Assembly (NCBI GenBank): GCA_024695705.1
Contig: JAILHP010000118.1
Coordinates: 1 to 52,942 of the forward strand
Reading direction: 5' to 3'
DNA from: Prevotella sp.
Lineage (GTDB): Bacteria > Bacteroidota > Bacteroidia > Bacteroidales > Bacteroidaceae
Length of the DNA stretch: 52,942 bases
The notes under the pieces were generated by a model. The model ran no database searches, was not told where the DNA came from, and was given only the letters and a program-made list of their open reading frames with translations. The translations under genes were made by a program, and so were the position numbers. Positions 20,498 to 29,675 of this stretch are shown piece after piece (positions within the stretch are counted from its first letter, which is position 1; every line of letters begins with the position of its first letter).

Positions 20498-23400
20498 TGC
20501 TTACGGAATCTTAAACGGTACTCGAGCGGCATGATGCCATACTTTTCCTTAAAGGCATGGGAGAAGTTCTCTGCAGTCATGAAGCCGACGTTAGCGGCAA
20601 GCTCATTCATGTTGATGTTTGTACGTGTCAACAGTGAGCAGGCGTGCTTCAACCGTAAGTCACGTATGAGCTCAGTAGGCGTCTTCGTCGTGATGTTACG
20701 TATCTTGTGGAAGAAGGGTACACGGCCCATGCCCATGGCGTTGGCCATCTCGTCAAGGCTGATGGAGCCTCGGCTCATGTTCTGCAGCACGTATTGCTCT
20801 ACATTGTACATGAGCTGTTGCTCCAAGACGCTATTCATCGAATAGTCGCCCATCGTCTCGCCTTCCTTATAGATACCGGTGGTGAGTGAGTCGTCCTGTT
20901 GCGGCTGGTCAGATACCAGAGCGTTATCCACAGGTATCGTTTCCTCGTCGTTCTGCTCCATGCTGTAGGTCGTTTCCTTCACCTTGTTCTCGCTCTCGTC
21001 GAAGTAGAAGGTGGAGGTTGTCATACTGGAGTTCTGACTTTCGAGCATACGTGTCTCACCGCCTTCAATGACATTGTGGTCGAGTTCAATAGGAGCGATA
21101 CCGAGCACCTTGTTGAAGCGCATAACGGCTTCCTGGATGTTGAAAGGCTTGGCAATCATGTCATCGGCCGACAGCGTGATGTTCAGGTTCTTCATGTCCG
21201 AAGGCGTCAGCACGCTGTCAGTCATGAGGATGAATTTCACCTTCTCCGTTGTGGGGTTGGTCTTCAGCATGTTGCACAGGTCGCTACCTGTCATCTCAAG
21301 CATATCCTGCTTACAGATAACCATGTCGGGCTTGATGACCTTGATGTCTTCGGCTGCTACGGCAATGTTGTTATAGATACGCAGGTCGTAGATGAACTGC
21401 AGCTGTGTCTTGATGAAGTTGAGGAAGGCTTCGTTGTCGTCAATGAAGACCAGCACGAACTTCTGTGCCGTCTTCTCCTGCTCACGTGGCTTGATTTCGT
21501 AGGTCAGCTCATCGGCTACAATCTTCGGCAGGCTGACCTCGCCCTTGTCGTTGAGGCCCATGCGCTCGTTGACCGTAGAAATGGCCTTTGCCTCAGGATT
21601 CTCCAGCGTTGACTGCATCTCGGCAATACGGGTGATGACCTGAAGCATCTGGAAGTGCAGGGAGTTAAGCTGTTCCTGGCCTTCCAACGATGTTTCCTTC
21701 TCGGCGAGGCTGCCGATGATGGTTGTCATGCGGGCCATCGGCTGACGGAGGTCGTCGCTCGTCTGCTTGATTTCTTCGCGCTGACGTTTCAGCTGGTCGA
21801 TAACGTTCTTCTTGCGCTGCCATATCTCCTTGAGCTTATTGAATCCGAAACGCCACAGGTACATCGTAATGGCAATGAGCAGCACATAGATGACAATCAT
21901 CCACCATGACAACCACCAGGGATGCAGCACGGTAATCTCCAGCGTACGCTCCTGGTTACTGACGGCACCCTCGGCGCTGACGGCCTTGACGTGCAGGGTA
22001 TAGGTCTTGCTGCCCAGATCGCGGAACGTCACACCGTGCGAGAGGGCATCGCCGTTGTTCCAGTCGTCGTCCAGACCTTCCATCCAGTACATGAACTGCA
22101 GACGTTCGCTCTGGTTGTAGTTACCTGTTGAGAACTTGATGGTGATGGTGTTCTGTTCGTTGCCCAGCTCTAGGCGGCTGCTCTCGTTGAGTGCCTGAGG
22201 CAGCAGCACACGGCCGTCGTATTCATGACCTGTCTGAATCTCCTCCTCGCCGACAAAGAGCTGAGTAAGCATTACGCGGGGAAGAGCTTCGGTGTCATCC
22301 TTGGTACGCTGACGCACCCAGTTGACGCCATAGAGTCCGCCGAAGACGACGTTGCCGTCAGACTTGGTGATGATGGAACCGACATTGAACTCATTCGACT
22401 GAAGACCGTCAGTTGTATCGTAGTTGTAGAGTCCGTAGTGGTAGGTTTCCGTATCGTGACTGCGCTGCACGACGACGCGCGACACACCCTTCTTGGTCGT
22501 AATCCAGATGTTGTGGGCCTTGTCCTCTGCCAAGCCGCAGACGGTGTTGTTGGTCAGTCCTTCTTTCTCTGTCAGGTAGTCGAGCTCGTCGGTGTTCAGG
22601 TTCAGAATGTTGACGCCTTCACGCGTACCTATCCAAATCAGTCCTCTCGAGTCCTGCAGCACCTGGGTGATGTAGTTGTTGGTCAGCGCCTTGAGGTTGG
22701 TGGAGTTACCCGTGATGACCCGCTTCTCGGTTGTTGAGAGGTTCAGCAGGATGAGTCCCTCGGCCGTTCCCACCAGCATGTTGTTGCCTGAGGCAAGGAA
22801 CAGCGAGGTGATGTTGTTGGTCGAAAGCTTTCCGTTCTCACGTGTGTAGCTGGAGAAGCTGTTCATCTTGGGGTTATACACCTGCAGTCCACCGTTGGAG
22901 GCTATCCAGAGGTTACCTATCTTGTCAGCGCAGAGGGCGTTGATGTGGTCGTCAATCAGCGTCTTCATGCTGTCAGTAGCTACAGAGTAGATGGTTACCG
23001 TGCCGTCCTTGATGCGGGTGAGACCGTTCTGTCGTGAGCCAACCCACAGGCTTCCGTCAGGAGTAGTGGCCATGCATGTGGTCTTCTTGCTGGCCAGCGG
23101 TCCGTCGTAGCCGATGATACCCTTGTCGCTGGTGCCGTACCAGATGTTTCCGTTGGCATCCTGCGCAATGGCTGTGATGTCACCGTTGAGCAGCGACTCA
23201 AACTTGTAGATGTTACGTCCGGTATAGGCCAATCCAGATTTCTCCGTACCTACCCACAGTAGATCTGTCTCATCGAAGTAAAGGCTCTGAATGCCAATCA
23301 CGTCTTCATGCGACTGGTTGTCGTTGATGCTGCGTGGATGAACGGATATCAGCTCCTTGCTTTCAAGGTTGTAGTGCATCAGACCATTACGGTCAGTACC

Positions 23401-24270
23401 AATCCAGATGTTTCCGTGGCTGTCGCCCGTGACGCTGTTGACGGCGTGGTCCACGCTGATGCCTGACAAACCGAGCTTATCTCCGAAACTGGTGTCCCAC
23501 TGGTTGGTGTTCTTGTTGTAGATGAAGAGCGTGCCCTGTCCGTAAAGCCAGACATTCTCATTAATATCGGAATAGACCTTCAGACTCTTGGTGTGGCGCA
23601 GGTGGTGCTCAGCCACATAGTCTGTCTGCCATACGGTGTGCTGCTGGTGCATGATGTCGCAGCAAACCAGACGGCCGTCGTCATAGACCATGATGGCACC
23701 GTCACGACATTCGCCGATGGAGCAAATGATACCCTGTGGCACACCGTGGGTGTCGTTGGTGTAGCCAAACTCATGCAACAGCTGCTGCTGCATGTTGTAA
23801 CCCACCACGCCCTTGTTAGGTATAGAGGCCCACAGGTTCTTGTGCCTATCGACATACACCAGGTTGGGGTCGCCCTCAATGCCCATGCGACTGAACACCT
23901 GTTTCATGTCGCGCTCAAACGTCTCTGTCTGGGGATGATAGACGCAGTAGCCTGCAGCCGTCTCCACCCACAGGTTGCCGTCAAGCGTTTCCTGAATGCT
24001 GTAGATATAGCTGTCGGCCAGCGAGGAACCGTCTTGAGAGTCGCTCTGGAAGTTCTTGAACACGTAGCCGTCAAAACGGTAAAGGCCTGCAGGGGTACCT
24101 AACCAGACGTAACCCCTGGAGTCTTTCAGAATGCAGTTAATCTGGCTGCTTGACAAGCCGTTCTGGGCATCAAGCGTCTTGAACAGATAGACGCCGGCAG
24201 CTGCTATTGGCATGACGATGGCCAGCAGCAGCAGTATCTTTTTGATTTTCTTCATATATCTTACCATCAA
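20494..24270 (-). CDS. Hybrid two-component-like sensor/AraC regulator with degenerate phosphorelay
   Basis: Reg_prop beta-propeller repeats (DSRGYVWLGT..GL), Y_Y_Y domain, TM helix, HisKA-like helix, receiver-like domain and C-terminal AraC HTH. No HATPase_c recognisable. The start may be a few codons downstream (MKKIKK). Confidence 0.85.
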   Translation of the reverse strand: MMVRYMKKIKKILLLLAIVMPIAAAGVYLFKTLDAQNGLSSSQINCILKDSRGYVWLGTPAGLYRFDGYVFKNFQSDSQDGSSLADSYIYSIQETLDGNLWVETAAGYCVYHPQTETFERDMKQVFSRMGIEGDPNLVYVDRHKNLWASIPNKGVVGYNMQQQLLHEFGYTNDTHGVPQGIICSIGECRDGAIMVYDDGRLVCCDIMHQQHTVWQTDYVAEHHLRHTKSLKVYSDINENVWLYGQGTLFIYNKNTNQWDTSFGDKLGLSGISVDHAVNSVTGDSHGNIWIGTDRNGLMHYNLESKELISVHPRSINDNQSHEDVIGIQSLYFDETDLLWVGTEKSGLAYTGRNIYKFESLLNGDITAIAQDANGNIWYGTSDKGIIGYDGPLASKKTTCMATTPDGSLWVGSRQNGLTRIKDGTVTIYSVATDSMKTLIDDHINALCADKIGNLWIASNGGLQVYNPKMNSFSSYTRENGKLSTNNITSLFLASGNNMLVGTAEGLILLNLSTTEKRVITGNSTNLKALTNNYITQVLQDSRGLIWIGTREGVNILNLNTDELDYLTEKEGLTNNTVCGLAEDKAHNIWITTKKGVSRVVVQRSHDTETYHYGLYNYDTTDGLQSNEFNVGSIITKSDGNVVFGGLYGVNWVRQRTKDDTEALPRVMLTQLFVGEEEIQTGHEYDGRVLLPQALNESSRLELGNEQNTITIKFSTGNYNQSERLQFMYWMEGLDDDWNNGDALSHGVTFRDLGSKTYTLHVKAVSAEGAVSNQERTLEITVLHPWWLSWWMIVIYVLLIAITMYLWRFGFNKLKEIWQRKKNVIDQLKRQREEIKQTSDDLRQPMARMTTIIGSLAEKETSLEGQEQLNSLHFQMLQVITRIAEMQSTLENPEAKAISTVNERMGLNDKGEVSLPKIVADELTYEIKPREQEKTAQKFVLVFIDDNEAFLNFIKTQLQFIYDLRIYNNIAVAAEDIKVIKPDMVICKQDMLEMTGSDLCNMLKTNPTTEKVKFILMTDSVLTPSDMKNLNITLSADDMIAKPFNIQEAVMRFNKVLGIAPIELDHNVIEGGETRMLESQNSSMTTSTFYFDESENKVKETTYSMEQNDEETIPVDNALVSDQPQQDDSLTTGIYKEGETMGDYSMNSVLEQQLMYNVEQYVLQNMSRGSISLDEMANAMGMGRVPFFHKIRNITTKTPTELIRDLRLKHACSLLTRTNINMNELAANVGFMTAENFSHAFKEKYGIMPLEYRLRFRKQ

Positions 24271-24297
24271 TTCTCAATTGTTAATTCTCCATTCTCA

Positions 24298-25257
24298 TTA
24301 TCCGTTGTTCATGAGTGCAGCACTATAGTGGTCAACGACGCCGAGCAGACGGTTGTCGTCGCTGACGACGAGCACAGTATGGATCTTATACTTGTTCATG
24401 ATACGTTGAATTTCTGTAATCGTTGTCTGGGGCGTGACGGTCTTGGGCTTCGTCGTCATGATGTCGCTCACCGTATGGTCGAAGAACTCTGCCTGCCACT
24501 TTTCCATAGCTCGGCGGATGTCTCCGTCGGTGATGAGACCTACGATGCGACCGTCTTTCTCGGCTACGCCCAGCCCCAGTTTGCCCTTGCTAACCAAGAT
24601 GATGGCCTCGCCTAGGTGCATCTCAGGTGGAATGACGGGCATGTTCTCCGTCAGCATCACATCCTGTGCGGTGGTCAGCAGGCGCTTGCCCAGCTCGCCG
24701 CCTGGGTGGAACTGTGCGAAGTCCTGCGGCTGGAAGTTCCGTTTCTCAATGAGGGCAACAGCCAGCGCATCGCCCATGGCCAGCGTAGCGGTTGTGCTGC
24801 TGGTAGGTGCCAGATTCAGGGGGCAGGCCTCTTTCTTCACGCTCACGTTGATGTGACAGGTGGAGTACTTGGCCAGCAGCGACTGCGGATTGCCGCTTAT
24901 GCCGATGATGGGTATCTGCATGTGCAACACCATGGGAATGAAGCGCAGCAGCTCGTCCGTCTGTCCTGAGTTGCTGATGGCGAGCACCACATCGTCCTTA
25001 GTCATCACGCCCAGGTCACCGTGAAAGACGTCCAGGGGGTTGATGAAGAACGAGGGTGTGCCTGTCGATGAGAAGGTTGCGGCTATCTTGGCGCCGATGT
25101 GGCCGCTCTTGCCTACACCCGTCACGATGACCTTACCCTTGCAGTTGAGAATCATCTCAACAGCCTTGTCGAACTGCTCGTCTATCTGGGGTATCAGCTC
25201 GAGCAGGGCATCTGCCTCATCCTTGATGCATTGTATGGCATATTCTCTTGTTGTCAT
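24298..25257 (-). CDS. kdsD: Arabinose-5-phosphate isomerase (KpsF/GutQ; SIS + CBS)
   Basis: GVGKSGHIGAKIAAT, HGDLG, ISNSG, EACPLNLAPTSST and FHPGG.LG. Confidence 0.93.
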   Translation of the reverse strand: MTTREYAIQCIKDEADALLELIPQIDEQFDKAVEMILNCKGKVIVTGVGKSGHIGAKIAATFSSTGTPSFFINPLDVFHGDLGVMTKDDVVLAISNSGQTDELLRFIPMVLHMQIPIIGISGNPQSLLAKYSTCHINVSVKKEACPLNLAPTSSTTATLAMGDALAVALIEKRNFQPQDFAQFHPGGELGKRLLTTAQDVMLTENMPVIPPEMHLGEAIILVSKGKLGLGVAEKDGRIVGLITDGDIRRAMEKWQAEFFDHTVSDIMTTKPKTVTPQTTITEIQRIMNKYKIHTVLVVSDDNRLLGVVDHYSAALMNNG

Positions 25258-25262
25258 AACTC

Positions 25263-26024
25263 TTAACTCCTAACTCCTAACTCTTCCACCAACTTCTCCA
25301 GTTTGTCCAGCTCCAGCATGTTGGCTGCATCTGAGAGACCCTGGTCAGGGGTGGGGTGCACCTCAAAGAACCAGCCCGTGGCTCCAAAAGCCTTGGCGGC
25401 CATCGCCATTGCGGGTACGAAGCGCCGGTCGCCTCCTGTCTTGCCGTCAGCTCCTCCTGGGCGCTGCACGCTGTGGGTGCAATCCATGATGACGGTAGGT
25501 ACTATTTCGAGCATGTCGCTGATGTTGCGGAAATCCACCACCAGGTTGTTGTAGCCGAACATGTTACCGCGTTCCGTCAGCCATACCTCACGAGCCCCGG
25601 CGTCACGCGCCTTCTCCACTGGGTAGCGCATGTCCGTTCCACTGAGGAACTGGGCCTTCTTGATGTTTACCACCTTGCCCGTCTTTGCGGCAGATACCAG
25701 AAGGTCGGTCTGCCTGCAGAGGAAAGCGGGTATCTGCAGCACATCGACCACTTCGCCGGCGGGCTTTGCCTGCCAACTCTCGTGGATGTCGGTCAGTACG
25801 CGGAGACCGTACTTGGCCTTGACGTCAGCCAGCAGCTGCAAGCCCTTCTCCAGCCCCGGGCCTCGGAAAGAGCGTATTGACGTGCGGTTGGCTTTGTCGA
25901 ACGATGCCTTGAAGATAATGTCAGTTCCCAGCTTCTCATTGATTTCCACTAATTTAGCCGCTACTGTATCCAGCAGCTCGGGGGACTCAATGACACAGGG
26001 ACCTGCTATGATTGTACCTTTCAT
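25263..26024 (-). CDS. kdsA: KDO-8-phosphate synthase
   Basis: IAGPCVIES, KASFDKANRTS, QIPAFLCRQTDL, NIKKAQF, ERG and D.THSVQ.P. Confidence 0.96.
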   Translation of the reverse strand: MKGTIIAGPCVIESPELLDTVAAKLVEINEKLGTDIIFKASFDKANRTSIRSFRGPGLEKGLQLLADVKAKYGLRVLTDIHESWQAKPAGEVVDVLQIPAFLCRQTDLLVSAAKTGKVVNIKKAQFLSGTDMRYPVEKARDAGAREVWLTERGNMFGYNNLVVDFRNISDMLEIVPTVIMDCTHSVQRPGGADGKTGGDRRFVPAMAMAAKAFGATGWFFEVHPTPDQGLSDAANMLELDKLEKLVEELGVRS

Positions 26025-26051
26025 ATCGTCATTTCATTACACATTGCCTTG

Positions 26052-26097
26052 CAAAGGTAAGCATTTTTCCTTAAACATAAATATGTTTAACAACATT
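26052..26097 (-). promoter_or_regulatory. kdsA -7 box plus upstream palindrome (candidate operator)
   Basis: TACCTTTG minus 26052-26059. TTAAACATA-aa-TATGTTTAA at 26071-26090 overlaps TATGTT-N4-AACATT at 26082-26097. Confidence 0.5.
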
Positions 26098-28442
26098 TAA
26101 ACCTGTGGTGCCTCTTTCAGGTGAATGTCGCGCTGTGGGAAAGGAATCTCAATGTTGTGGTCGCCCAGCGTCTGGTAGATGCATGACATGAGGTCGCTCA
26201 CGGCATAAATCTTCTTGACGGCATCCACCCACACTATGAGCTTCATGTTGATGCTCGAGTCGCCAAACTCAGAGAACACCACCTTAACGGGTTTCGCGTT
26301 GTCCATCCATTTGTGGTGTAAGCCGGTGACGGCTTCCTCAATAAACTTGGCCACCTCCTTGATGTTTGTGCCGTAAGCCACGCTGAAGGGGATGAGCGCC
26401 AGCACGTAACCATGATTACGCGTCAGGTTCTTGTAGTTTTTCGAGAAAAGTTGTGAATTCTGGAAGGTGATGACTTCGCCGTAGAGCGAGTTGACAATGG
26501 TGCTGGTGTAGTTGATGCTGGTCACCTTGCCCATCGTGCCGTCCACATCAATCCAGTCGCCTACCTTGATGCGGCCAGCCATGAGGGTGATGCCATAGTA
26601 GATGTTCTCGATGATGTCCTTCATGGCGAAACCGATACCTGTCGATAAGCCGGTGGAAACGACGACCAGCCATGTGAAGTTGACCTTCATGATGCTCAGC
26701 GCCAGCAGGAGCCATGCTCCCCAGACGATGACCTGAATGACGTTCTTTCCCATGACGGTGCGGCTCTCGGCTGTCGATGTGTCGGCGTGTACAAAGTGCA
26801 TCCTGAGGAAGTCCAGGCAGATATTGCAGATGTACTTGAAGAAGAACCACAGACACACGTTGATGGCTATGGTGATGAGGCTTAGCTCGATGTTGTCCGT
26901 CTCCAGGAACTTATAGTTGAAAGCTCCCCAGCAGAGGTCACTCAGACTGAAGACGTCAGCTGCCCAGAAGATGCTGAGCATTACCGATGCAATAGCGGTA
27001 ACAGGCATTGCCACATCGTTGAAGAAACGGAAGAACCAAGTCTTGGTGACAGGTTTCTGGCTGAAGCCGTGACGCTCGGCGTATTGCTTCAGGTACAGTC
27101 TGATGCAGGTGATGGTGAGGATGCATGTCAGCTGCATGGTCCACCATATCAGCATCTGCACGGCCATCAGCGTGTATCCCGCCCACGACAGGACGGTTGA
27201 AATGATGAACACCGCTAATGAGATGTAAGTGTAGAACATGTCGGAGCGCGGTATGTTCTTGTTGTGGCGGCCTATCATGCTCCATTGCCAGATGGTGCAG
27301 AGCAGCAGGATGGGGGGGAAGATGATGTTCACCAGCTCGTTGGGCGTCAGGATGATACGTATGGCAAACACAATGAAGCCAATGACGAGCAGGGGAGTAT
27401 AGATGCGGAAGGCGCTGTTGATCTGGTCTCCCTTCACACGCAGCAGGAGCGAGATGAGGATAACGCCCAGCAGCCATGCAAATTCCACCAGCAGATTGGA
27501 CGCCATGTTCAGGAAGTTCTGCTCAATAGTAGCCTGCATCACGCCCATGATGATGGCGAAGGTAATGGTGGTCGTCGCCAGCACAATACTCTTACGCTTC
27601 TTTTTGAACTCTTCGGTCTTGAACCGCTTGGGCATCAGCCAGCGGAAGAAGATGAAGTTGAGCAGCGAGGCAATGATGGCATAGATAAGGATGGAGATGA
27701 ACAGTCCGATGATATAGACGCTGTCCCATTGTGAACCGATGCTGTTCTTGGGGTTGTACTTGCGCTCCACCGTACGAACCATTCTCCGCCATTGTCGCCC
27801 GAAGTTCTTCAAAACCTCGAAGTACGTCTCGCTACCGTTTTTAAAGATGCTGGTCTGAATGTCGTTATAGCGTTTCTGCGCGTAGTCGTTAAGGTCGCTC
27901 AGACGGTCTTCGGTAGCATCGTGATATTCAATGTATTCCGTCAGTTGGGCGCTGTTCTCCTGCAAGATGTTGCGGATGCTGGTAGCCAGGATGAGACAGG
28001 CGTTACGGTTTTCCTGTGCCGACTTGCTCAGAATGGCGTCCGGCACCTCCTGCAGGCTGATGATGAGCGAATCGTAGCGGGCAATATCCACTTTGGTGCG
28101 GTTCAGGAACGAGTGGAAGGGCAGCTGTAGCTGTTTGAAGGCCCTGTACTGCTCCGTGGCTTCGTGGCAGGCATAGGTCAGGTCGAAGATGTATTCTTGC
28201 TGCTGCGAGTAGAGCATCAGGGCATTCTGGTTGCTTTGTATCATCACGTTGCGCAACTCCTGTCCTATGCGGTCGTCCATCTGGCTGCGACGTTCCTTGC
28301 GGACCATCATTTCGCGGTAGTTGGTGGTCAGTTCCGTTCGCAGTATGGAGAGTGTCTGCTCCAGGTCTTTCTCCTTCAGCACGGCGTGTGCCTCGGGCAG
28401 TCCCAAAACCATTACAAGCAGTATTAAAAGTATCTTTTTCAT
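26097..28442 (-). CDS. Large MscS-family mechanosensitive channel
   Basis: Signal peptide MKKILLILL (start 28442), periplasmic helices, many TMs, GLSTGIGFAMKDI..N, KVGDWI, VAYGT and IEIPFPQRDIH. Confidence 0.88.
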   Translation of the reverse strand: MKKILLILLVMVLGLPEAHAVLKEKDLEQTLSILRTELTTNYREMMVRKERRSQMDDRIGQELRNVMIQSNQNALMLYSQQQEYIFDLTYACHEATEQYRAFKQLQLPFHSFLNRTKVDIARYDSLIISLQEVPDAILSKSAQENRNACLILATSIRNILQENSAQLTEYIEYHDATEDRLSDLNDYAQKRYNDIQTSIFKNGSETYFEVLKNFGRQWRRMVRTVERKYNPKNSIGSQWDSVYIIGLFISILIYAIIASLLNFIFFRWLMPKRFKTEEFKKKRKSIVLATTTITFAIIMGVMQATIEQNFLNMASNLLVEFAWLLGVILISLLLRVKGDQINSAFRIYTPLLVIGFIVFAIRIILTPNELVNIIFPPILLLCTIWQWSMIGRHNKNIPRSDMFYTYISLAVFIISTVLSWAGYTLMAVQMLIWWTMQLTCILTITCIRLYLKQYAERHGFSQKPVTKTWFFRFFNDVAMPVTAIASVMLSIFWAADVFSLSDLCWGAFNYKFLETDNIELSLITIAINVCLWFFFKYICNICLDFLRMHFVHADTSTAESRTVMGKNVIQVIVWGAWLLLALSIMKVNFTWLVVVSTGLSTGIGFAMKDIIENIYYGITLMAGRIKVGDWIDVDGTMGKVTSINYTSTIVNSLYGEVITFQNSQLFSKNYKNLTRNHGYVLALIPFSVAYGTNIKEVAKFIEEAVTGLHHKWMDNAKPVKVVFSEFGDSSINMKLIVWVDAVKKIYAVSDLMSCIYQTLGDHNIEIPFPQRDIHLKEAPQV

Positions 28443-28465
28443 CCCTGTTTGCTTAAAATCAGCCG

Positions 28466-28503
28466 CAAAGATACACATTATTTCAGAAAAAACACTAACT
28501 TTG
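28466..28503. promoter_or_regulatory. Back-to-back -7 boxes
   Basis: TATCTTTG minus 28466-28473 and TAACTTTG plus 28496-28503. Confidence 0.7.
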
Positions 28504-28530
28504 CACGAAAATATAAGCTTTTTATTACTT

Positions 28531-29343
28531 ATGATACTGATTGCAGACAGCGGAAGCACCAAAACCGACTGGGCGTTGGTTGGTGAAGAGGGACAGACGG
28601 TCAGGAGAATGACCACCGAGGGCTTTAACCCCATCATGATGGACGTGCCGTCCTTGCCTGAGTTGGGAGACGAATGGAGTGGGGGAAAGGTCTTCTTCTA
28701 TGGTGCCGGCTGCACGCCCGAACAGGCTCCCAGGGTCCGCGACTTGCTGGTCGGGCTGCTGCCTGATGTGACGCATTGTGAGGTGCACAGCGACCTGCTT
28801 GGAGCTGCCCGTGCTGTCTGCGGACAGGAGCGAGGCATTGCCTGCATTCTGGGTACTGGAGCCAACTCTTGTCTCTACGACGGAGAGCGCATCGTGCAGC
28901 ATACGCCCGCCTTGGGCTACATTCTTGGCGACGAGGGAAGCGGTGCTGTTTTAGGTCGCCGGCTGCTTAACGCGCTCTACAAGGGACGACTGCCCCAGCA
29001 CCTTCGTGAAGCCTTTGAACAGGAGATGTCCTTGACCATGAACGACGTCATAGAACGTGTCTATCGCCAGCCTATGGCCAATCGTTTCCTGGCTTCGCTG
29101 TCGCCATTTGTCGCCCGTCATCTTGACGAGCCGGAACTGCGTAGTCTGGTGATTGACCATTTCCGTGAGTTCCTGCGTTATAATGTTGCCCCCTACAACG
29201 CCCCTCAGCTGCCTGTCGGCTTTGTGGGAAGCATTGCCTTCCACTATCAGGCAGAAGTACGCGAAGCCGCTTGTATGGAGGGATTTACCCTTGGCAACAT
29301 CTTGAAAAGTCCCATTGAAGGTCTGCTCAAACATCATTGTTGA
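28531..29343 (+). CDS. BadF/BadG-type ATPase, N-acetylglucosamine kinase-like
   Basis: MILIADSGSTKTDW, FYGAGC, SDLLGAAR, ILGTGANS and LGYILGDEGSG. Start ATG 28531. Confidence 0.85.
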   Translation: MILIADSGSTKTDWALVGEEGQTVRRMTTEGFNPIMMDVPSLPELGDEWSGGKVFFYGAGCTPEQAPRVRDLLVGLLPDVTHCEVHSDLLGAARAVCGQERGIACILGTGANSCLYDGERIVQHTPALGYILGDEGSGAVLGRRLLNALYKGRLPQHLREAFEQEMSLTMNDVIERVYRQPMANRFLASLSPFVARHLDEPELRSLVIDHFREFLRYNVAPYNAPQLPVGFVGSIAFHYQAEVREAACMEGFTLGNILKSPIEGLLKHHC

Positions 29344-29468
29344 TGCCATCCGTGCGATGGAGCCTGCATGGGTAAAAGTGCAAGGGGGAAATTTTTCCCT
29401 CTTGTCGCAAACCTACTATTTGCCTAACGGAGGGCGTTACTTCAGATGGGTTGTCCGGTGACTTGGCA
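29344..29468 (+). ncRNA. Candidate ~125-nt structured RNA, family and strand unresolved
   Basis: Ends pair (TGCCA/TGGCA). Nested helices AGCCT/GGGTT, TGGGT/ACCTA and GCAAG-GGGGAAA/TTCCC-TCTTG, plus a side hairpin GCCT-aacgga-GGGC. Intergenic between convergent genes. Confidence 0.45.
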
Positions 29469-29471
29469 AAT

Positions 29472-29501
29472 AAAAGGGGAGCAGTTCGAAAACTACTCCC
29501 C
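29472..29501 (-). terminator. Intrinsic terminator for the minus-strand gene 29658-30653
   Basis: Minus strand GGGGAGTAGTT-TTCG-AACTGCTCCCC followed by TTTTATTT. Confidence 0.8.
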
Positions 29502-29675
29502 CTCATTTCACTCACTTATTCACAAACTTGACTTTCAGTCGAGTTTGTTCTCGTTCGGAAATGAGAGCAGGACTCTCATTTCACTCACTTATTCACAAAC
29601 TTGACCGTTGGTTGAGTTTGTTCTCGTTCGGAAATGAGAGCAGGACTCTCTTTTCGCTCACTTATTCACAAACTT
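29502..29675. repeat. 73-bp tandem hairpin repeat (2.4 units) overlapping a stop codon
   Basis: Units start at 29502, 29575 and 29648. Each full unit has GAAATGAGAG/CTCTCATTTC and ACAAACTTGAC/GTYGAGTTTGT stems. Confidence 0.9.

Noticed and set aside
29344-29468. tRNA, 6S RNA or self-cleaving ribozyme
   Set aside because: No T-loop or cloverleaf, shorter than a typical 6S rod, and hammerhead, twister and HDV core motifs were not found by eye.
29502-29675. CRISPR array
   Set aside because: Units are near-identical over the whole 73 bp with no unique spacers, and no cas genes are present.
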